A DNA stretch of 64,000 nucleotides from contig JAYZQJ010000014.1 of NCBI GenBank assembly GCA_036149055.1, positions 87,929-151,928 on the forward strand, in the 5' to 3' direction. Source of the stretch: Myxococcota bacterium (GTDB lineage: Bacteria > Myxococcota_A > Polyangia > Polyangiales > Sandaracinaceae). The first letter of the stretch is position 1; each line of letters opens with the position of its first letter. The notes under the pieces were generated by a model, which was not told where the DNA came from, did not search any database, and saw only the letters and a program-made list of their open reading frames with translations. The position numbers were made by a program, and so were the translations under genes. Below, piece by piece: positions 56,560 through 64,000 of this stretch.

Positions 56560-59328
56560 TCAGGTCCGCTGTGCCGCCGCGGGGACCAGGCGGCCGACGG
56601 GGGCGCCGAGCGCGTAGCCGTCGGGGTCGGTGAGCACCCGGGTGGGGGAGGACGCGTCGTCCTCGAGCTGGCGCCGGAGGCGGCGGATGGCGACGTGGAT
56701 GCGCTTGCTGTCGCGCAGCGGGTGGAAGGCGTCGAGCGCCCAGGCGACCTCCGCCAGGTCGGCGAGCGAGGCGCGGCCGCCGAGCGCGAACATGCCGTCG
56801 AGGAGGCGACAGGCCTGCGGGCTCATCTCGAGGGTGCCGCGCGGGAGGTGGACGCGCCGCGCCTCGGCGTCGAAGACCCACGCGGCCGCCTGGCCCGGGC
56901 GGAGCGGCTCCACCCGCGTCGTCCAGCTCGCCGCGAGCGCGCTCGTCAGGAGATGGTCGAGGCGGTCCGGGGTCGGCGCCTCGCCGAGGAGGGAGGAGGC
57001 GACGCGGGCCGCGGTGGGAGAGGCGTCGGCCTGCCCGGCGATGCGGAAGAGCGCGGGCACGTCGGGCTCGGTCTCGACCGCGAGGCGCACGAGCTCCGCG
57101 AGCACCCGGTAGCGCTTGGAGCCGAGCGACTCGGCGACGCGGGTCAGCTCGGCCGCGCCGCGGCGCACCTCCACGCGGCGCCCGAGGGCGAGCTCGGCGT
57201 AGACGCGGGTCAGGACCGCCTCGCCCTGGAAGAGCCCGAGGCCCGAGCGGGTCGTCGCCTGCGCGGCCTGCGCGGCCAGGAAACACGCGCGCTCGGCGTC
57301 GCCCCCGAGGAGGCGCACGTGGGCCTCCGCCAGCTGGGTCAGACACGCGAGCAGGGGGCCGTCCGAGGCCTCGATGCGCGGGACGGACGCCTCGTCGATC
57401 GGCTCGCCGCGGCGGGCCCGATGGCAGACCCGCGCCAGGGCGAGGTAGCGCGCGGGGGCGCCGGTCGGCGGCGGGATCGACGGCGCCCAGGGGATCTCGT
57501 CGAACGCCCAGGCGCGCCCGAGGCTCGCGACCCGCTCGAGGATGTAGGCGGCGTGGTAGAGGGTGGCGTTGCCGAGGCGCTCGGCCTCGTGCACGCGGTG
57601 GCGGGCCCGCCCCTCCAGCCCCTCGTAGCGGCCGCGGGCCACGCTGAGGATCTCGGACGCGACCGACGCGAGCACCCCGCTGCCCGCCGGCAGGTCGAAG
57701 CCGCCGAGCACCCGGGTGAAGAGCTCCGACGAGCGCGCGAGCCGGCCGGAGGTCGCCAGGCGGATGCCGCGGTAGATGAGCCCCTCGGTGCTGCGCGGCC
57801 GGCGCCCTTCGTCCGGCTCGAGGCCGATCATGGACAAGACCTCCTGACACTCGGCCACCAGGCTCTCGGGGAGCGCGGAGAACGCGGCCCGCAGCCGCCG
57901 CGCGAGCTCGACCGCCTCGCGCTCGTGACCGGCGTGGTGATGGGCCCGCGCGAGGGCGAGGTCGCGGCGCGCGCGCGGCCCGTCCCCCTCCGGCCGGAGC
58001 GCGCGGAGGTGGCGCACGGCGCGCTCGGGGTAGCCGGCGTCGGAGAGGGCTCGCCCGAGGAGGAGCGCGAGGGCCACATCGTCCGCGGGGCTCGCCTGGA
58101 GCTCCTCGACCGCGCGGCGGGCCCGGCCGCTGCGGATGAGGCCCTCCACCCACGCCTCGAGCGCCGCGGGGCGGGTCGGCCGGGGCTGCGACGTCAGCCA
58201 GCCGAGCGACGTGTGGGTCCCGACCGCGAGGGCGACCTGCATGCGCGTGGTCTCGAGCCGCGGATCGAGGGCGCCGGCGAGCAGCGACCACAGCCGCGGG
58301 CCGTGGCCCTGGGCGATCCACGCGCGGTGAGCCGAGAGGGTCGAGAGGGCCGCCTCCACGTCGCCCGCCTCGAGCTGCAGGCGGAGCCGCTCGAGCTGCT
58401 CGCGCGCGTCGGTCGTGGTCTGGAGCGCCCGCGCGGCGTCCTGCCGGGCCCGGGTCAGCTCGTCGGGCGAGAGCCGGCCGAGGACGCGCTCGGCGATCGC
58501 GTCGTGCACGCGGCCGTCGGCCTCGCCCTCGCCGATCAGCCCGCGCGCGCGCAGCGACTCGAGGGCCGACGACCAGAGCCGGGCGGCCGGATCGTCGGGC
58601 GCGCCCGGGACCGCCTCGTGCAGCACGCTGAGCATCGCCAGCGCCCGCGAGACCTCGGCCCGCAGGCCCTCGCGCAGGTCGCTCGCGCTCGGGTCGGCGG
58701 CGAGCTGCCGGATCCAGAGCGGGGAGCCGCCCGCGGCGTCGACGATCGCGGCCAGCGTCTCCTCGTCGGCCTCGGGGCGGCACGCGCGAGCGAGCGCCTG
58801 GGCGGCGGCGCGGGGGAGCGGGCCGAGCTGGACGACGTGCTCCTGCACCTCCGGGAGGCTCGGGCGGACGCGCGAGGTGAGCACCCAGCGCGAGCGGCGC
58901 GCGTAGCCGGTGAGGAGCGCGAGCCAGCGCGCGGCGTCGGCAGGCGGGAGGAGATGCAGATCCTCCACCACCATCAGCCGCGCGTCGTCCTCGACCGCGC
59001 TGAGCGCGCTGGCGGCGAGCGCCTCCGGCGAGCCCTCCGCGGGGCGGCCGACCGCGAGCACGAGCTCCGCCGCCAGCAGGCCGAAGTCGTCGTTCGGTCG
59101 GACCCGGACCAGCGACGGCGCCCGCTCGCGCTGGTCGTGTACGACGCGCTGCACGAGGGCGCTCTTGCCGACGCCGCCCTCCCCGCAGACGAGGGCGACC
59201 GGCGCGTGGGAGAGGAGCGTCGCCAGGCGCCGCGCCTCGTCCGTGCGCCCGACGAAGCAGAGCGGTGGATTCGGGACCCTCCGCAGCAGCCCTCCGGCCG
59301 CCGCGCCCGATGTCTGCGTGGCTCGCAC
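56560..59328 (-). CDS. STAND-like ATPase / helical repeat / winged-helix transcriptional regulator
   Basis: FVGR..E, Walker A GEGGVGKS, Walker B VVEDLH, LTSR, GG.PL; C-terminal HVAIRRLRRQLE...T...GY.L; start uncertain. Confidence 0.82.
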   Translation of the reverse strand: MRATQTSGAAAGGLLRRVPNPPLCFVGRTDEARRLATLLSHAPVALVCGEGGVGKSALVQRVVHDQRERAPSLVRVRPNDDFGLLAAELVLAVGRPAEGSPEALAASALSAVEDDARLMVVEDLHLLPPADAARWLALLTGYARRSRWVLTSRVRPSLPEVQEHVVQLGPLPRAAAQALARACRPEADEETLAAIVDAAGGSPLWIRQLAADPSASDLREGLRAEVSRALAMLSVLHEAVPGAPDDPAARLWSSALESLRARGLIGEGEADGRVHDAIAERVLGRLSPDELTRARQDAARALQTTTDAREQLERLRLQLEAGDVEAALSTLSAHRAWIAQGHGPRLWSLLAGALDPRLETTRMQVALAVGTHTSLGWLTSQPRPTRPAALEAWVEGLIRSGRARRAVEELQASPADDVALALLLGRALSDAGYPERAVRHLRALRPEGDGPRARRDLALARAHHHAGHEREAVELARRLRAAFSALPESLVAECQEVLSMIGLEPDEGRRPRSTEGLIYRGIRLATSGRLARSSELFTRVLGGFDLPAGSGVLASVASEILSVARGRYEGLEGRARHRVHEAERLGNATLYHAAYILERVASLGRAWAFDEIPWAPSIPPPTGAPARYLALARVCHRARRGEPIDEASVPRIEASDGPLLACLTQLAEAHVRLLGGDAERACFLAAQAAQATTRSGLGLFQGEAVLTRVYAELALGRRVEVRRGAAELTRVAESLGSKRYRVLAELVRLAVETEPDVPALFRIAGQADASPTAARVASSLLGEAPTPDRLDHLLTSALAASWTTRVEPLRPGQAAAWVFDAEARRVHLPRGTLEMSPQACRLLDGMFALGGRASLADLAEVAWALDAFHPLRDSKRIHVAIRRLRRQLEDDASSPTRVLTDPDGYALGAPVGRLVPAAAQRT

Positions 59329-59406
59329 GTGGCGGCAGACTACCACCACGCCTCCGACCTTGGACGCTCGGAGGCGCGGCGCCGCCGCCACGCGGCTCTC
59401 TTCCGT

Positions 59407-60654
59407 TCAATCGATCAGGGCGACGGCCCCCGCGCCAGCCACCACGACCCGGCCGCTGGCCATGAGCTGACACTTGCTCCACGTGTCGGGCGAGCCCTCG
59501 GGCGTCACGTCGGCGAAGGTCGCGCCGCCGTCGGTCGACTCCAGCACGAAGCCGGTGTTGTCGCCCACGCCGAGCGGCTGGACCTCACCGACCACGATCA
59601 CGCGGTCTCCGGCCATGCAGACGCCGCGCGCCCAGGTCGAGTCGGCGCCGCTCACCCGGCTCGGGAGCAGCGGGTCGACGTCGAGCTGCGTGTAGTCGGC
59701 GGCGGCGTAGCGATCGGCGCCGGACACGAAGATCTTGCCGACGTCGTTGTCCTGGTCGACGCCGACGACCACCACCCGCGCCTCGCTCGCCGCCACGCCC
59801 CACATCTCGCCGTCGTAGGCGCCGAGGCCCTCGACGAGGGCGACCGGGGTCATCTGCCAGGGCTCCGCGGTGGCGGCCTGGGACGGGAGGAAGACGTAGG
59901 GCGGCTCGGCGATGGTGCTGCCGCACCCCACGAAGCGCTCGCCGACGGCGACGAGGTCGAGGATCTGGTGGCTCGCGCCGCCTCCCTCCCACGCGCTCGC
60001 CGGCGTCCACATCGCCGCCGCGTCACCGACTCCGTCGTCGCTGCGGTAGAGCGCGTCGTGCCCGTTGAAGGAGTCGGCGAACGCCGCGCCGCTCGGGGTG
60101 GTGACGAAGGGCGAGGCGAGGAACGACGTGCCCACCGTCCCGCCGCGGGTCAGCACCGAGGCGGCGGCGAAGGGAGAGGCGGCGGTGTCGAGGCTGACGA
60201 CCATGCTCATCGCCGGCCCCTGCCCGGCCACGTAGAGCAGGTCGCCGTAGCCGCGGTGGATCGACAGGACCCGGAACGACTCGAGGACGCTCGACGGGCT
60301 GGTCGCGGGGATCTCCCAGGTCCGACCCTCGTCGACGCTCATGTAGAGGCCGGAGCCCTCGGCGCCGCTGCCGCAGCCGATGAACATCGTGCCGTCGGCG
60401 TCGACCCAGAGCGCGTCGGTCCGGTTGACGCCCGGGCACGGGTGCGCGCGCACCACCGCGCCGCTCGGGATCCCGGCGTCTCCCGGGTCGGTCCCGCCGT
60501 CGGTGTCCCGGCCCGCGTCGGTCCCTCCGCCGCCGGAGTCGACGCGTTCGGTGCCGGCGTCGTCGGCGATGGAGGCGTCGGAGACCGGATCGGGGTCCCC
60601 CCCGCACCCGGCCAGGACGAAGATCGTGGTCAGCGTGAGATGACGAAGATGCAT
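59407..60654 (-). CDS. Lipoprotein with BNR/Asp-box beta-propeller
   Basis: Lipobox LAGC; DAG/DGG linker; SVDEGRTW and STDGGATF Asp-boxes. Confidence 0.8.
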   Translation of the reverse strand: MHLRHLTLTTIFVLAGCGGDPDPVSDASIADDAGTERVDSGGGGTDAGRDTDGGTDPGDAGIPSGAVVRAHPCPGVNRTDALWVDADGTMFIGCGSGAEGSGLYMSVDEGRTWEIPATSPSSVLESFRVLSIHRGYGDLLYVAGQGPAMSMVVSLDTAASPFAAASVLTRGGTVGTSFLASPFVTTPSGAAFADSFNGHDALYRSDDGVGDAAAMWTPASAWEGGGASHQILDLVAVGERFVGCGSTIAEPPYVFLPSQAATAEPWQMTPVALVEGLGAYDGEMWGVAASEARVVVVGVDQDNDVGKIFVSGADRYAAADYTQLDVDPLLPSRVSGADSTWARGVCMAGDRVIVVGEVQPLGVGDNTGFVLESTDGGATFADVTPEGSPDTWSKCQLMASGRVVVAGAGAVALID

Positions 60655-60724
60655 GCCCCGAGCGTGGCCACCGCCGCCGTCCCCCTCGACGGACGTCGGG
60701 TTACAGCGGGTTACCGAACGCGGG

Positions 60725-62320
60725 TCAGGGGCGGAAGACGCAGCGGAAGCCGGTGCCGGTGGCGGTGAAGTCGGGGCCGCGGTTGAGGTTGAAGGCGAAG
60801 GCGCCGGCGAGTCCGGCGGGGCCGTCGCTGGACTGGCCGCCACGGCGGAGGGCGCCGGCGGAGCCGCCGATCCAGGCGCCGACGCCGTCGGTCCGGTCGT
60901 AGACGCCGGTGGCAGGCGCGAAGAGCGCGCGCGGCATGGCGGGGCAGACGGTGTCGATCTCCTCGAAGTCGTAACCCCCGCTGGGGCAGGAGAACGGGAC
61001 GGTGTCGAAGCCCGGCGTGGTCGGATCGGCGTCCGTCCACTCCTGCACGTTGCCGGAGAAGTCGTAGATCGACGCGCCGTCGGGCAAGAGGAACACGCGG
61101 CGCTGCTCGCGGCCCATGCCCGGCTCGTCGCCCGGGCCGTTGCCGGTCGAGTCGTACGGATCCGAGGGGTCGACGTAGCCCGCGTAGCCGGCCGAGCCGT
61201 CGGTGTTGCCCTCGACCATGCCGCCCACCCCGACCGCGAGGCCCATCCAGTTGACCGGCTCGGACTCGGCGGCGCGCGCGATGGTGATCGCCTCGAGGTT
61301 GGAGATCAGGTCGTAGCCGGGCCCGAGGCTGCGGCAGCGCTCGCTCGCGGCGTGGGCCGAGATGTTCCGCCAGGGGAGCGCCCGGTGATCGGCGACCGGC
61401 GTGTGCGTCGCGTCTCCCCAACCCGGCGAGCAGGGTACGCCGCAGCCCTCCGCCTGGAGCTCCGCCGGCTGCACGACGCCGTCGCCGTCCCCGTCGCGCC
61501 AGGCGCGCGCCTCGAAGCGCATGACGCAGAAGTCGGTCGAGCCGAGGTCGGAGTCGCCGCGCACCCCGACGTAGCCGAGCGGACACATCGGCGCGGGCGG
61601 CCCGGAGTCGGCCAGCCCGGAGTCCGGCAGCCCCGCGTCCGCCAGGCCGGAGTCGACCCGCCCCGCGTCCAGGACGCCGGCGTCCGGCACGCCCGCGTCC
61701 CGGCGCGTCCGCGGCAGGCAGCCGACCTCGGGATCGCAGTAGTGGGTGTCGCCGCAGGAGTCGTCGGGCGCGCTCAGGCAGGCGCCCTCCACGCACATCG
61801 CGACGGCGCACCCGCCGGGCGGCGCGGGGCAGCTCGAGGCGGAGCACTCCGGCTCGCAGAATTCGGGCGTCTCCGGCGTGCACTCCGGGCTCGCGCAGCG
61901 CCCCGCGACGCAGGTGCTCGCGGAGGGCGAGGTGTCGTCGCAGGTCACGCCGACGCAGTCGCGCGTCATCACCACCGTCACCGCGAGGCTGCCGCTCGAG
62001 AGCCGCACCGCGACGTCGCGCTCGAGCACCACCGCGCCGTCCGGCCCGATCAGATCGACGTGGAGGCGATAGGCGCCGACCGGAAGATCGGCGATCTCCG
62101 CGAGCCGCAGGCCGTCGATGGGCGCGCGGCCGGTCGAGCCGCCGGTCAGCGCGGTCTCGGCGCGATGCACCGGGCCGCCGTCCGCGCGCGTCACCTGCAG
62201 GTCGGCGCGGACGACCTCTTCGCCGGGCACCAGGTCCGACAGGAGCTCGACCACGAGGAGGCTGCGCTCGGTGCATCCGCACAGCAGGAGCGAGACGAGG
62301 AGGAGCCGAAGCGCGTTCAC
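60725..62320 (-). CDS. Lipoprotein with C-terminal FGE-sulfatase/C-type-lectin-fold domain
   Basis: Lipobox LCGC; FC.M.FEA, IYD.SGNV.EW, RGG, GFRC. Confidence 0.82.
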   Translation of the reverse strand: MNALRLLLVSLLLCGCTERSLLVVELLSDLVPGEEVVRADLQVTRADGGPVHRAETALTGGSTGRAPIDGLRLAEIADLPVGAYRLHVDLIGPDGAVVLERDVAVRLSSGSLAVTVVMTRDCVGVTCDDTSPSASTCVAGRCASPECTPETPEFCEPECSASSCPAPPGGCAVAMCVEGACLSAPDDSCGDTHYCDPEVGCLPRTRRDAGVPDAGVLDAGRVDSGLADAGLPDSGLADSGPPAPMCPLGYVGVRGDSDLGSTDFCVMRFEARAWRDGDGDGVVQPAELQAEGCGVPCSPGWGDATHTPVADHRALPWRNISAHAASERCRSLGPGYDLISNLEAITIARAAESEPVNWMGLAVGVGGMVEGNTDGSAGYAGYVDPSDPYDSTGNGPGDEPGMGREQRRVFLLPDGASIYDFSGNVQEWTDADPTTPGFDTVPFSCPSGGYDFEEIDTVCPAMPRALFAPATGVYDRTDGVGAWIGGSAGALRRGGQSSDGPAGLAGAFAFNLNRGPDFTATGTGFRCVFRP

Positions 62321-62366
62321 GAGGGGAGGTCTGCCACGCGCGGTCGTCGAGCGCTCCCCGGGCTCG

Positions 62367-64000
62367 TCAGGCGACGTCGGCGCCCTTGGTGCCGAGGTAC
62401 ATCTCGCGGGCCGCCCCGGTGAGGCTCAGCGCGGCGTCGAAGACGCTGCTCCCGTCCCCGCCGTGCTCGATGTTGCCGGAGGCCACCTTCACCTCGCCCG
62501 CGACCGCGCGGACCACGTTGTTGTAGGCGTGGCTGATGGCGGCGGGGCTGCTCGCGGCCGAGATCGGGCCGGTGCACGAGTTCCGGTAGGCGATGACGTC
62601 CTGGTAAGGCGGGTTGCTACCTGCCTGCCCGAGGGCCACGCGCCCTCCGTCCTCGCCGCCCGTCCGGTTGAAGCAGAGGGCGACGCGCCGGGTCTCGCCC
62701 TGCGAGCTCACCCCGACGCAGCGCACGTGGTAGACGCCGCGGTTCCCGGTCGCCGTGTCGCACGCGCGGATCTCGGCGTCCCGGCCGGAGCCCTTCACCA
62801 CCACGAAGCCGTTGTTGACGATGTGGCTGTGGGTGACCCGGTGCCGCTCCGCCAGGGTGCGGTTGGTCGTGTAGGTCTCCCACAGATGCGGGCCGTTCGA
62901 CCCGGCGTCGCCGTCGACGTTCATCTGATCCATCCAGCAGTCGGCGGAGTACAGGTACGTGTGCCCGCTGGCGTCGCCGACGTCACCGCCCGCGTTCCAG
63001 TACCAGATGAACCCGTGGTTGTCGTTCTTGCGGGTCCCGCCGAACGCGCGGAGGCACCCCATGCGCCAGAAGGTCGAGCGGCGGGACCGGTCCCAGTGCA
63101 TGACGACCCGCACGTTGTCGCGGTCGCGACGGCGCTGGTTGGTGAAGCCGGCCACGATCCCGGCGAAGAAGACGTCGTCGTTGATCTCGGTCGACTGCGC
63201 GAAGCCGATCTGCCCCGCGGTGTTCACGTGCACGGTCTCGTCCGGGAAGGCGACGTAGGCCTTGGGGTCGGATGGGTCCCCGAAGGTGAGCTGCCGCGGC
63301 GGGTCGGGCGTGTAGCCGCCCGCGAACCGCGAGCTGTCCGGGTCGAACCGCTCGGTCTCCCGGATGTAGCAGATCTTGTCGCCGGCCATGCCCGAGCCCT
63401 GGAGGGCGGCGAGCTCCCGGAACGGCCGACCGATGCTTCCGTCCGCCGTCGCGTCGTCGCCGCGGACCGTGTCGAGGAAGATGAACTGCGACGTGCCGAC
63501 CGTGGTGGTCCACGCGACGTCGACGAAGGAGTCGCCGGCGCGGCCGTGATCCTGGTCGTAGACGCGGACCCGGAACGCGTGACCGCCCGAGGCCCCCGCC
63601 GGCACGTCCCACGCGACCACCCCGTAGCCCTCCGGGATGTCGAAGGCGTCGCGCCCGTTCCACTCCAGCGTCTCGTGCACGACGCGCGCGCCCGGGGGCC
63701 CCTCGACGAGCTCGTAGCGGTAGGGCCACTTGCCGAACTGGACCCCGATCGGGATCTCGTAGCGCACGCCGGGGTGGGCGTGCCGGTGGCGGGCGTAGGC
63801 CTGCGTCTCGCCGTCGGGCCGGGGGTAGACGACGTGGAGCGGGAAGTGCCCCTCGAAGTGCCCGTCGGGCAGCAGCCAGCTCGGGCCGGCGCCGGCGTCC
63901 GGGGTGGCCGCGTCCTCGCCCTCGAGCCCGCCGTCCACCGCGCCGTCGACCGGCAGGCCCCCGTCGAGCCCCCGGCCGCCGTCCCCCCCGAGCCCGCCGT
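62367..64000 (-). CDS. Secreted protein, paralog of 31317..32987 (5' end outside window)
   Basis: VYPR.D.ET.A.ARHR.AHPG..Y.IP...WP..YELVEGP.GARV shared; DGG/DAG linker runs to the window edge. Confidence 0.78.
   Translation of the reverse strand, partial: GGLGGDGGRGLDGGLPVDGAVDGGLEGEDAATPDAGAGPSWLLPDGHFEGHFPLHVVYPRPDGETQAYARHRHAHPGVRYEIPIGVQFGKWPYRYELVEGPPGARVVHETLEWNGRDAFDIPEGYGVVAWDVPAGASGGHAFRVRVYDQDHGRAGDSFVDVAWTTTVGTSQFIFLDTVRGDDATADGSIGRPFRELAALQGSGMAGDKICYIRETERFDPDSSRFAGGYTPDPPRQLTFGDPSDPKAYVAFPDETVHVNTAGQIGFAQSTEINDDVFFAGIVAGFTNQRRRDRDNVRVVMHWDRSRRSTFWRMGCLRAFGGTRKNDNHGFIWYWNAGGDVGDASGHTYLYSADCWMDQMNVDGDAGSNGPHLWETYTTNRTLAERHRVTHSHIVNNGFVVVKGSGRDAEIRACDTATGNRGVYHVRCVGVSSQGETRRVALCFNRTGGEDGGRVALGQAGSNPPYQDVIAYRNSCTGPISAASSPAAISHAYNNVVRAVAGEVKVASGNIEHGGDGSSVFDAALSLTGAAREMYLGTKGADVA

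Noticed and set aside
42255..62320. Diversity-generating retroelement (Avd-like helix bundle plus CLec/FGE-fold gene)
   Set aside because: No reverse transcriptase and no template-repeat copy of the 60725 3' end were seen; the two genes are 18 kb apart

Overview
Very GC-rich chromosomal segment that reads like a myxobacterium (Myxococcota, probably Polyangiales/Sandaracinaceae-like). This is inferred from the many Cys-rich lipoproteins with DAG/DSG linkers, a MYXO-CTERM-like tail and Ser/Thr kinases. It holds about 54 genes. A few are housekeeping or metabolic (rdgB, prfC, menB, SulP, NhaD/ArsB-type permease, SAM hydrolase, hydrolases, acyltransferase). They are interspersed with about 20 uncharacterised secreted lipoproteins, several of them paralogous. 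The one clear RNA element is a cobalamin riboswitch (10100-10262, minus). No rRNA, tRNA, CRISPR-cas, integrase or transposase was recognised. Most interesting: (1) a compositionally atypical four-gene cassette of Ser/Thr kinase, ECF sigma, a GRDP/DUF1399-like metalloprotein with a CWHDCSNRCWHAC tail and a TauD-like oxygenase, which is a candidate fused-precursor peptide-modification system; (2) a DUF222-HNH-RuvA_C-like gene behind a LexA-box-like palindrome and followed by a degenerate 42-bp array; (3) a B12-riboswitch-controlled unknown lipoprotein; (4) a thioredoxin / outer-membrane barrel / thioredoxin operon; (5) an inverted-repeat-flanked four-helix-bundle cassette. All family assignments come from motif recognition by eye, not database searches.
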